A stretch of DNA of 64,000 bases from Chloroflexota bacterium. GTDB lineage: Bacteria > Chloroflexota > UBA11872 > VXNJ01. Numbering within the stretch: the stretch's first letter is position 1; each line of letters opens with the position of its first letter. Location: NCBI GenBank assembly GCA_965261345.1, contig OZ253449.1, forward strand, positions 2,208,001 to 2,272,000, given 5' to 3'. The position numbers and the translations under genes are program-made. A model generated the notes under the pieces. It worked only from the letters and a program-made list of their open reading frames with translations, had not been told where the DNA came from and made no database searches. Of this stretch, positions 48,631 to 57,621 are shown piece after piece.

Positions 48631-49234
48631 CCGTTTTCGATCGGGTGAGCGACCGGTCCGACTGGTGGCCTTTCTGGGCAATCCCGGCGCCAAGCATGCC
48701 AGGTCGCGCCACAATGTTGGCTGGCGGGTGGGCCGGGCGGCGCTAGCCTCCCGACCCGGCGCCAAAACCCGGCGGCGCTACCAATCCGAATTTGCAATCT
48801 GCCAGTTGGGGTCGTACCCGTCCGCCCTGCTCTTTCCGCATACATATATGAATGAATCGGGCCGGGCGGTCCGAGCGGCGCTGAAGGGATTGCGGCTCGA
48901 GCCGCAACAGCTGGTCGTGGTGCACGACGATCTCGACCTTGGATTTGCCACCCTGCGCATTCGTTGCGGTGGGTCGGCCGGTGGCAACCGCGGGGTTGAA
49001 TCGATCATCGGGGCGGTCGGCGACCACGAATTTATGCGAATCAAGCTGGGAATCGGCCGCCCGCCACCGGGTCAGGATCCGGCCAAATACGTGCTGGGAA
49101 ACTTCGGCCGCGGCCAGGAACCGGCGGCGGCAAGGATGATTGAGGCCGCAACCCGGGCGCTAGAGCAGGTTGGCGAGCTGCCCCCGGACCAACTTATGAA
49201 CGAATTCAACCGCGACTGGGGCCGGATGCCATGA
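48617..49234 (+). CDS. pth: Peptidyl-tRNA hydrolase
   Basis: LGNPG..RHNVG, TYMNxSG, HDDLDL, GGxAGGNRG and GIGRP motifs. Confidence 0.95.
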   Translation: MGWLDRFRSGERPVRLVAFLGNPGAKHARSRHNVGWRVGRAALASRPGAKTRRRYQSEFAICQLGSYPSALLFPHTYMNESGRAVRAALKGLRLEPQQLVVVHDDLDLGFATLRIRCGGSAGGNRGVESIIGAVGDHEFMRIKLGIGRPPPGQDPAKYVLGNFGRGQEPAAARMIEAATRALEQVGELPPDQLMNEFNRDWGRMP

Positions 49235-52200
49235 GAGCCGAGCGAATTGTTGATTTGCTCACCCGCCGCGATGAATTTGCCGCCGCGATCGAAAGCGCCC
49301 TCGAGCCGGGCCAAAAGACGATCTGTTGCATGCGGCCAACCGGCGCGATGGTGGTCGCCAAACTGGTGGCGCAGGCCAAGGCCCCGCTGCTGCTGCTGGT
49401 CTCCGACGAGAACCGCGCCGAGGAACTGGTCCGCGAGCTCGAGTTGTGGGCGCCACGGCTGGACGTGCTCCATTTTCCGGCCGCCGACCACTATCTAAAT
49501 GCCCAGTCCGGCATCGATCACGCGATTCTGGCCGGCCGCTCGCAGGTGCTAAAGCGACTCACCTTAGCCCGCCTCAACCAAACCCAGTCAAGCAGCTTCC
49601 TGGTGATCGCCTCGGCCCGGGCGATCGCCCCCAAGCTCTGCCCGGTCGAAGAATTTGCCGAGCGTCTGCTCTCGCTGGCGCCGGGGATGCGGATCGAGCC
49701 GCGGCTGCTGGCCGAGCGCCTCCAGGAGCTCGGATACCGTCGGTCGCCGCTGGTGGAGGAACCGGGCGAATTCGTTCAACGCGGCGGACTCGTCGACTTT
49801 TTCCCGCCCGAGGCCAAGCTACCGATCCGGGTCGACTTTTTTGACGACGAAATTGAATCACTGCGCCATTTTGCGGTCGGCAGTCAACGATCCGAAAACC
49901 ACCTGGAGGCCTGGGAGGTCGGCTCGGCCACTGAGTACGCGGTCTGGTCCAGTCCGGAAGCGGCCGCTCAACTCTCGCAACTTGATGCCTCCGGGCTGCG
50001 TCGCGCTGACCAGGACCGCTTCGCCCGCGAAATAGCCCTGCTCGAGCACCAAGCGTTTTTTGACGCCGCCCCGTTCCTGCTCGGTTCGGCCCTTCCGCGC
50101 TTCAGCTGCCTGCTCGACTACGCCGCCGGCCTTGGCATGGCCATCGAAGAGCCGGATCTGGTGCGTTGGTCGCTGGCTGAATACTGCGGCACCGAGGCCC
50201 GGTTGCGCGCCGAAATGGTCGCCGATCGCCAGCTCCCGGCCGGCCTGGGTTCGCCTTTGTTTGACAGCCAATGGCTAAGTGATCGGTTCGGCGAGGCGGA
50301 ATTGACGATCACCCAGAGCCCGCCCGGTCCCAACGCGCCGGTGGTGACTGCGGCGACCGAGATGTCGGCCCCCGACAGCTACGGCGGGCGTCTACTGCAC
50401 ATGGCCCATGAACTCTCGCAATCGGGGATGGCCACGATACTGGCCAGCTACCAGGGCGATCGATTGCTCGAACTGCTAGTTGAGCATGGCGTCTGGGCCA
50501 AACGACTCGCCGACGCAACGATGCCGCTGCGGGCCGGTGACGTGGTGGTGGTCCGGGCCTCGCTCGCAAACGGCTGGCGTCATCGTTCGTTGAATCTGCA
50601 GCTACTTACCGATTCGGAAATCTTTGGGCGCCAGCGCCGCCAGAAACAGGCAACATTCCAACCGCATGCCGACGAAGACTTCCTGCTTGACCTGAGCCCG
50701 GGCGAACTGGTGGTTCACGTCGAGCAGGGTATCGGACGGTACCAGGGGGTGGTGCGGCTGGCGGATGCGGCCGGCGACCGCGAATACCTGCAAATCATCT
50801 ATGCCCAGGATGCCAAGCTCTACGTCCCGGTCGAGCAGATGGGGCGGATCCAGCGTTACGTGGCCGCCGGCGAGGCCACTCCCAAACTCTCGCGCTTGGG
50901 GACCGCCGACTGGAACCGGGCCAAGACCAAGGCGACGAAGGCGGCGCGCGACATTGCCGGCGAACTGTTGGAAATCTACGCCACCCGCGAAACCAGCACC
51001 GGCCATCGCTTCGGCCCCGACTCGGATTGGCAGGTTGCTATGGAGCAGGCCTTCCCGTTCGTGGAAACACCCGATCAACTCTCGGCCATCGAGGCAGTAA
51101 AGGCCGACATGGAGGCCGATCGGCCAATGGATCGGTTGATCTGCGGCGATGTCGGTTTCGGTAAGACCGAGGTCGCCGTCCGGGCCTCGTTCAAGGCGGC
51201 CCACGAGGGCAAGCAGGTGGCAGTTCTGGTCCCGACCACCATCCTGGCCCAGCAGCACTTTGATACGTTTGGCGACCGATTGCAGGAATTCCCGATGCGG
51301 GTGGCCATGCTCTCGCGCTTCCAGACCCCGGGCGAGCAGAAACGGGTGGTCTCCGAAATTGCCTCCGGCAACGTTGATGTCGTAATCGGCACCCACCGGC
51401 TGCTCTCACGCGATATCAAGTTCGCCGACCTCGGGTTGGTGGTTGTCGATGAAGAACAGCGTTTCGGGGTATCGCAAAAGGAAAAACTAAAAAAAATGCG
51501 CGCTGATGTGGACATCCTTACCCTGACCGCCACCCCGATTCCGCGCACCCTGCACATGGCCCTTACCGAGGTTCGTGACATCTCGGTGATCGAGTCGCCG
51601 CCGCACAATCGCCGGCCGGTCAAGTCCTACGTGACCGGTTATTCCGAGGATGTGGTCCGAGAAGCGATCGAATCGGAGTTGGCCCGCGGCGGGCAGGTGT
51701 TCTTCGTTCACAACCGCGTCAACTCCATCTATGGGGCCGCCACCAGGGTGCGCAAGATTTGTCCCGCCGCCCGGGTGGCGGTCGCCCACGGACAGATGCC
51801 GGCCAACGCCCTGGAATCGACGATGGTTGAATTTGCCTCCGGTCAGAGCGACGTTTTGGTCTGCACCGCGATCATCGAGAACGGGGTCGATCTTCCCAAC
51901 GTAAATACCCTGATAGTCGACGAATGCTGGATGTTCGGCTTGGCCCAGCTGTACCAGTTGCGCGGGCGGGTGGGGCGTTCGGCGACCCAGGCCTATGCCT
52001 ATTTCCTCTACACCCGCGAGGACCGACTGACTGAATCCGCGCAGCAGCGCTTGCAGGCGGTGCTTGAGGCCAATGACCTGGGCGCGGGTCTGCGATTGGC
52101 AATGCGCGACCTGCAGATCCGCGGGGCCGGTGACATGCTGGGCGCCAACCAATCCGGGTTTGCCAACTCGGTGGGCCTCTATATGTACCTGCAAATGGTT

Positions 52201-52713
52201 CGCGATGCGGTCCGGGAATCAAAGAACGACGGGTCGGCCCCCGAACGCAAACAGCACATCACCCCGGTCGATCTTCCGCTGGCAGCCTACATTCCGGACG
52301 AGTATGCCGGTACTTATGCCGCCAAACTGCGCGAATACCAACGCCTGGTACGGGCGATCTCAGTTAGTGATGTTGAAGCGGTGGCCGACGGGTTGCGCGA
52401 GCGGTTCGGCGAATTTCCCGCGGCGGTCGCCAATCTGGTCTACGTGGCCCGGGTGCGGGCGCGGGCCACCGCCCTTGGAATCAATTCGATCGCCACCACT
52501 GGTGGCGATCTCTCTATCCGGGTCGATGGGCAATTTGCTATCGATCGCTCCGACCTTCGGCGAACCCTAGGCTGGGATGCCCGGGTCGGGCAGATGGGAA
52601 TTGTCTGGCCCGATTTCGAATCGGCGCCGGACTGGCGCGACAAGCTGCTCTCCTGCATGGAACGGCTGGCCGCTCGCAGGGGATCGGTCAATCCGGCCCC
52701 CGCCAAGGCCTAA
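49231..52713 (+). CDS. mfd: Transcription-repair coupling factor
   Basis: UvrB-homology region, CarD/RID, GDVGFGKTEVA, DEEQRFG, TATPIPRTL, QLRGRVGR and TRCF C-terminal domain. Confidence 0.97.
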   Translation: MRAERIVDLLTRRDEFAAAIESALEPGQKTICCMRPTGAMVVAKLVAQAKAPLLLLVSDENRAEELVRELELWAPRLDVLHFPAADHYLNAQSGIDHAILAGRSQVLKRLTLARLNQTQSSSFLVIASARAIAPKLCPVEEFAERLLSLAPGMRIEPRLLAERLQELGYRRSPLVEEPGEFVQRGGLVDFFPPEAKLPIRVDFFDDEIESLRHFAVGSQRSENHLEAWEVGSATEYAVWSSPEAAAQLSQLDASGLRRADQDRFAREIALLEHQAFFDAAPFLLGSALPRFSCLLDYAAGLGMAIEEPDLVRWSLAEYCGTEARLRAEMVADRQLPAGLGSPLFDSQWLSDRFGEAELTITQSPPGPNAPVVTAATEMSAPDSYGGRLLHMAHELSQSGMATILASYQGDRLLELLVEHGVWAKRLADATMPLRAGDVVVVRASLANGWRHRSLNLQLLTDSEIFGRQRRQKQATFQPHADEDFLLDLSPGELVVHVEQGIGRYQGVVRLADAAGDREYLQIIYAQDAKLYVPVEQMGRIQRYVAAGEATPKLSRLGTADWNRAKTKATKAARDIAGELLEIYATRETSTGHRFGPDSDWQVAMEQAFPFVETPDQLSAIEAVKADMEADRPMDRLICGDVGFGKTEVAVRASFKAAHEGKQVAVLVPTTILAQQHFDTFGDRLQEFPMRVAMLSRFQTPGEQKRVVSEIASGNVDVVIGTHRLLSRDIKFADLGLVVVDEEQRFGVSQKEKLKKMRADVDILTLTATPIPRTLHMALTEVRDISVIESPPHNRRPVKSYVTGYSEDVVREAIESELARGGQVFFVHNRVNSIYGAATRVRKICPAARVAVAHGQMPANALESTMVEFASGQSDVLVCTAIIENGVDLPNVNTLIVDECWMFGLAQLYQLRGRVGRSATQAYAYFLYTREDRLTESAQQRLQAVLEANDLGAGLRLAMRDLQIRGAGDMLGANQSGFANSVGLYMYLQMVRDAVRESKNDGSAPERKQHITPVDLPLAAYIPDEYAGTYAAKLREYQRLVRAISVSDVEAVADGLRERFGEFPAAVANLVYVARVRARATALGINSIATTGGDLSIRVDGQFAIDRSDLRRTLGWDARVGQMGIVWPDFESAPDWRDKLLSCMERLAARRGSVNPAPAKA

Positions 52714-52890
52714 CCGAACCCGCCGCGCATGCGTCTGTTATTGTTGTTTGCTTTGAGGGACGCCGAGGCTAGAGGAGTTTCGATGAGCGCGCCGGCGGTC
52801 AATAAAATCCCGCGGCCACAGTTATTTCAGTGCTGCCCGCACCGAACCGAAACCCACCAAATTATTAAGTTCAAGAACAGCCTGCCCTAG

Positions 52891-55284
52891 ATGGCCCAAC
52901 GTCGCAAGACCCCCAAATCGCCGCCCGGCAAATCCAAAGCGGCGCCCAATCTCGTAATCGTTGAATCGCGCACCAAGGCCCAGACGATCAAGCGCTACCT
53001 GGGCAAGGACTATCAGGTCCTGGCCTCGGTTGGGCACGTTCGCGATCTCCCCAAGAGCAACCTCGGCGTCGACTTAGAAAACGGGTTTTCGCCGACTTAT
53101 GTCGTACCGCGCGACAAGCAGAAGACGGTCACTCAGATCCGCAAGGCCGCCGCCGAATCACAGACTGTGCTGCTAGCCACCGACCCGGATCGCGAAGGTG
53201 AGGCGATCGCCTGGCACCTGATGGCGGCGGCCAATTTGGATGCTGACAAGACCAGCCGGATCCGGTTTCATGAAATCACCAAGTCGGCGGTCGCTGAGGC
53301 GCTGGCCGCCCCGCGGGCGGTAGACAATGATTTGGTGGCCGCCCAGCAGGCGCGTCGGGTTCTGGACCGCCTGGTGGGATTTACGATTTCGCCAATTCTG
53401 CGGCGGCGCATCCCCGGCGGGCGATCGGCCGGTCGGGTTCAGAGCGTTGCCCTGCGGATCGTAGTAGATCGCGAAATTCAGCGCCGCGCCTTCATCCCGG
53501 TAGATTGGTGGACGTTGTCTGGTTCGTTTGGCCGCAAAGACGGCGAGAGCGCTGAGTTTGAAGCCGCCCTGTATGCGAAGGGGTCAGAACTGAAACTGGA
53601 TTCGCAGGCCGCTGCCGACACCACCCTGGCGGATCTGAGCACAACCGGCTACACCGTTTCCGACCGCAAAATTTCCGACCGGCAGCTGCGTCCACTAGCC
53701 CCCTTTACGACCGCCAGCCTGCAGCGGGCGGCCTCCAACCGGCTGGGTCTTTCTCCGTCGCAAACGATGCGGATCGCGCAAGGCCTTTACGAGGGAGTCC
53801 GGGTTGCCGGGCGCGGGCAGATCGGCCTGATCACCTATATGCGAACCGACTCGGTTTCCGTTTCGGGGCAGGCGTTGGGAGCGGCGCGAAATTACATCGA
53901 GTCCGAATTTGGCTCGGAAGACCTCCCGGCCAAGCCCAATTTTTACAAGACTCGTACCCGCAACGCCCAAGAGGCCCATGAGGCGATCCGACCGACTGAG
54001 GCCAACCTTGCCCCGACGATGGTTGCCGATGCCTTAAATTCCGACCAGCTCCGTCTTTACGATCTCATCTGGCGGCAATTTATTGCAAGCCAGATGATCC
54101 CGGCCACATCCCGGCGAGCGGTCTGTGACATTGCCGCCGATTCGGCTAGCGGACTGTTCTTCCGGGTCGGCGCATCACGGGTGGTAACGCCGGGGCATCT
54201 CCGGGTGGCCGGCTACGGACCGCGCATCGACCAAGCCGAATCGGATCGTTTCGATTGCTTGACGCAGCTGGAGACCGGCGCCCGACTAAAGCTCTTTGCG
54301 GCCGAGATTGCCAAGCACACGTCGGAACCGCCCTCGCGCTATAGCGAGGCGGGTCTGATCCGGGTGCTCGAAGACGAGGGGATCGGCCGACCCAGCACCT
54401 ACGCCTCGATAATTCGCACACTCAAGGACCGCGAATACGTAACCACCGAGCGCCGGACCATGATCCCGACCCAAACCGGCGAGTTCGTGACCACTGCAAT
54501 GTCCGAATTCTTCGCCGACATCGTCGATATCGCTTTTACCGCCCGGATGGAAGCCGAACTCGACCGTGTCGCCCGCGGCGAACGCGGTTGGGTTGAGGCC
54601 ACTGGGGAATTCTGGGGAAGATTGGATGCCGATTTGAACAACGCCCGCGAAAACCTAAAGAAACCGGTCGCCGACAAGCCGATCGACGAAGAGTGCCCGA
54701 AATGCTCCAAGGGGTTGGTCCAGCGACTGGGCCGCAACGGCATGTTCATCGGATGCAGCGGGTTCCCCGAATGCCGCTACACCCGCAACATCGAGGGCGC
54801 CGAGGAGGAAGACTCAAAGCCGGAAGAACTAAACGAAAAGTGCCCGGACTGCGAGTCGGAACTCGTCTACAAACAGGGGCGCTTTGGCAAGTTCATCGGG
54901 TGCAGCAACTATCCCGAGTGCCGCTACACGCGGCAGATTCTCCAGCCGATTGGAGTGGATTGCCCCCAGTGCGATGACGGCGAACTAGTGGTGAAGAAGA
55001 CTCGCCGCGGAAGAATCTTCTATGGTTGCCAACGCTATCCGGACTGCGATTACTCAACCTGGCAAGACCCGCGGCGCACTCCCGCCGGGGCCGCCGACCG
55101 ACCGGCCAAATCGTCGACTGAGTCAAACGGGCAATCCGAACCGGCTGCCAAGATCGGTTCCTGCCCCCAATGCGGCAAGGACCTAAATCTGAAACGCGGA
55201 CGCTATGGCGAATTCGTCGGGTGCAGTGGGTTCCCTAAATGCCGCTTTACCGGCAAACCAGCCGACTTTGCGGCCGCCGGATAG
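52891..55284 (+). CDS. topA: DNA topoisomerase I with four C-terminal zinc ribbons
   Basis: LVIVES..KA, DPDREGEAI, SAGRVQS, ITYMRTDS, GIGRPSTY and four CPxC..GC..(F/Y)PxC repeats. Confidence 0.97.
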   Translation: MAQRRKTPKSPPGKSKAAPNLVIVESRTKAQTIKRYLGKDYQVLASVGHVRDLPKSNLGVDLENGFSPTYVVPRDKQKTVTQIRKAAAESQTVLLATDPDREGEAIAWHLMAAANLDADKTSRIRFHEITKSAVAEALAAPRAVDNDLVAAQQARRVLDRLVGFTISPILRRRIPGGRSAGRVQSVALRIVVDREIQRRAFIPVDWWTLSGSFGRKDGESAEFEAALYAKGSELKLDSQAAADTTLADLSTTGYTVSDRKISDRQLRPLAPFTTASLQRAASNRLGLSPSQTMRIAQGLYEGVRVAGRGQIGLITYMRTDSVSVSGQALGAARNYIESEFGSEDLPAKPNFYKTRTRNAQEAHEAIRPTEANLAPTMVADALNSDQLRLYDLIWRQFIASQMIPATSRRAVCDIAADSASGLFFRVGASRVVTPGHLRVAGYGPRIDQAESDRFDCLTQLETGARLKLFAAEIAKHTSEPPSRYSEAGLIRVLEDEGIGRPSTYASIIRTLKDREYVTTERRTMIPTQTGEFVTTAMSEFFADIVDIAFTARMEAELDRVARGERGWVEATGEFWGRLDADLNNARENLKKPVADKPIDEECPKCSKGLVQRLGRNGMFIGCSGFPECRYTRNIEGAEEEDSKPEELNEKCPDCESELVYKQGRFGKFIGCSNYPECRYTRQILQPIGVDCPQCDDGELVVKKTRRGRIFYGCQRYPDCDYSTWQDPRRTPAGAADRPAKSSTESNGQSEPAAKIGSCPQCGKDLNLKRGRYGEFVGCSGFPKCRFTGKPADFAAAG

Positions 55285-55290
55285 GAATAC

Positions 55291-55561
55291 CTGATCCCAT
55301 AAAGTCGTTGCGGAAGCTGGACTACACCCCTGCGCCGCTACCCCAGACGGCAACGAAGTCCGGGGCCAAACCTGGCGGCGACAAAGCCTGTAAGCGAGCG
55401 CTTGATCGGCGACGCTTAAGTACAGGAATTTGCCGCCGGGCGGAACCGGAACCGTGGTCTGGAAGCGGGGTAACCCGGGCCAAGTCGGGCGCGCCCTTCT
55501 TCGGGTTCGCCCAAAAGGCCGTGCTGGGCGCTCGCTAAACCCCATACTCCATCTGGATCAG
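55291..55561 (+). ncRNA. Candidate structured non-coding RNA, family unidentified
   Basis: Five nested co-linear helices (55335-55468) with G-U pairs on the + strand, a second hairpin domain (55474-55528), a 9-bp long-range complementarity and a 7-bp terminal pairing; no credible ORF. Confidence 0.45.
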
Positions 55562-57579
55562 CGGCCGCTCCGGAGCGGCGCCAGATGTGCCGCCACTTCG
55601 TCGATGCTGCGGGTTATCCGCAGGTCCGGCAGGCTTCGCAGCAGCCAGTTGCCGTAACGCCTGGTAAGGATCCGGTCTTCGAGCAGCGCCAGCACTCCGA
55701 TGTCCGATCGGCTGCGGATCAAGCGCCCAAAACCCTGTTTTAGATCAATTGCCGTAAGCGGGAGCGAGAGCGCCCCAAAAGATGATCCGTTCTGCTGCTC
55801 GATCGCCCGGCAACGGGCCGCAAACACCGGGTCGGACGGCGCCGGGAAGGGCAGGCGGTCGATTACCACCATAGCCAGCGCCTCACCGCGGATGTCAACG
55901 CCCTGCCAGAAACCCTTGGTGGCAAACAGGACGGCGTTCTGGGAGCGCCGAAATCTGCTCAGCAGGTGTCGCGTCGACGCCTGACCCTGCAGCAGACAGG
56001 TCCGGTCGGGCAGGGCCGGCTCCACCAGGCGGTGGAATTGGCGCATCCGGCGCAGGCTGGTGCAGAGCATGAATACGCCGCCAGGGCAGGAATTGACCAG
56101 CTGAACAATCTGGTCGGCGATCGGGCCCAGTTCGGCCTCCCCGGCGCCAACCCGCGGCGGCGGCATACTGGCGGGAACATACAGCAGCGCCTGGCGCTGC
56201 AGGTCGAACGGGCTTTCGATCTGCCGCTCGATCGCATTTGTCAATCCGATTCGCGAGCGCGCGAACTCAAAATTGCCGGCCGTAGCCAGGGTCGCCGAGG
56301 TCAATGTCACCGAGGCCGCCAGGCGATCGGGGCCAAACATCCGATCTGCCAGGATCGGGGCCACACTAAGCGGGGTGGCGATCATCCCGTAATGATCCTG
56401 GCGGTCGGGTTGGAGGTGGAATATGTAGTCGGGGTCGTGATCGCCGAGCACGTAATTTAGCGCTTCGAGCAGGTCCTGGATCGAGGCGAGCACCGGCACC
56501 AGCGGACCGAACTTGGGATCTTCGGTTTCAACCGATTCGCGCAGCGAGCGCGCGACCAGGTCCAGGCTGGATATAAGTGAGCTCGCCTGGTCGCTAATGA
56601 AATCCACGAAACGGTCACGCGATTCGGCATCGATTGAGACCTGACGCCGGTAAGGGCCATCTGTGCTCCCGCCCGCCAAGTCGGTAACGTAACGGTCGAG
56701 GCGATTAAAGAACGGCTCGGCGGCGATGTCGAGCCCCCCGGCCGGTGGCATCCGCAGGCCGGTCAGTGCCCGGGCGGTCCGCAGGTTGCGCGCCAGCCGC
56801 TGCCAACGCGCGCGAGTGATTTCGATCGAGAAGGCCGAGGAAGCAAACGATTCAAGCTGATGGGCCTCGTCGATTACGGCAACGTCGTGCGGTGGTAGCA
56901 GCGGATCCGCCCCCTGCTGATAGGAGTTGATTGCGGCCAGATAAAGCGCCTGATTGGTCACGATCACGTCGGCCGAACGGGCCTTCTGGCGCACCGCCGT
57001 TACGTGACACTCAGCATATAGCTGGCAGCGTTCGCCGTGGCACATATCGCCGGCTCCGTTGATCTTGGACAGGAGCGGGTCGGATGGGGGGACATTGCCC
57101 AATTCGGCAAAATCGCCGGTCTGGGTCGTTTGTGACCAGGTTGCGACTTCGGCAAGCAGCTCCCGCCGCCCGCCCGCACCAAGATCTTCGAGAGTGAGTT
57201 GACCGCCGTGCAGCTGCGCAAATTTGTATTTACATAAATAATTGGCGGCGCCCTTGAGGTTGGCGACCACAAGGTCATTTCGACCAAGGGCGGCGGCGAT
57301 CAGCGGGAGGTCTTTTTCAACCAGCTGATCTTGCAATGCCCGGGTGGCGGTTGCCACCCACAACCTCTTGCCGAGCAAGATCGCCGGAGCAACGTAGGCA
57401 AATGTCTTTCCGGTTCCGGTACCGGCCTCCACGAGCAGGTCATCTCCGGCGGCAATCGCATCGGCGACTGCCTTGGCCATCTGGATTTGGCCGGCGCGGG
57501 GTTCAAACTGCTCCCCGAGGACCCTGGCGAATCGCCCTTGCGGGCCAAACACCGAGTCGAGGTCAGGTCCGCCGACCAT
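55558..57579 (-). CDS. dinG: ATP-dependent DNA helicase, DinG/YoaA family
   Basis: RxGQ, EAGTGTGKT, Fe-S cysteines, DEAH, TSATL, GVD, LPF and QGFGRLIR motifs. Confidence 0.92.
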   Translation of the reverse strand: MVGGPDLDSVFGPQGRFARVLGEQFEPRAGQIQMAKAVADAIAAGDDLLVEAGTGTGKTFAYVAPAILLGKRLWVATATRALQDQLVEKDLPLIAAALGRNDLVVANLKGAANYLCKYKFAQLHGGQLTLEDLGAGGRRELLAEVATWSQTTQTGDFAELGNVPPSDPLLSKINGAGDMCHGERCQLYAECHVTAVRQKARSADVIVTNQALYLAAINSYQQGADPLLPPHDVAVIDEAHQLESFASSAFSIEITRARWQRLARNLRTARALTGLRMPPAGGLDIAAEPFFNRLDRYVTDLAGGSTDGPYRRQVSIDAESRDRFVDFISDQASSLISSLDLVARSLRESVETEDPKFGPLVPVLASIQDLLEALNYVLGDHDPDYIFHLQPDRQDHYGMIATPLSVAPILADRMFGPDRLAASVTLTSATLATAGNFEFARSRIGLTNAIERQIESPFDLQRQALLYVPASMPPPRVGAGEAELGPIADQIVQLVNSCPGGVFMLCTSLRRMRQFHRLVEPALPDRTCLLQGQASTRHLLSRFRRSQNAVLFATKGFWQGVDIRGEALAMVVIDRLPFPAPSDPVFAARCRAIEQQNGSSFGALSLPLTAIDLKQGFGRLIRSRSDIGVLALLEDRILTRRYGNWLLRSLPDLRITRSIDEVAAHLAPLRSGR

Positions 57580-57621
57580 CAGCCGGTGAGGACCTGAGCT
57601 GAGGGAACCGCGGGCGGGCGG

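Noticed and set aside
55291-55561. SRP RNA, tmRNA or RNase P identity for the structured region
   Set aside because: It lacks the SRP CAGG..GGAA..AGCAG loop, tRNA-like ends with a tag ORF, and the RNase P GAGGAAAGUCC motif.
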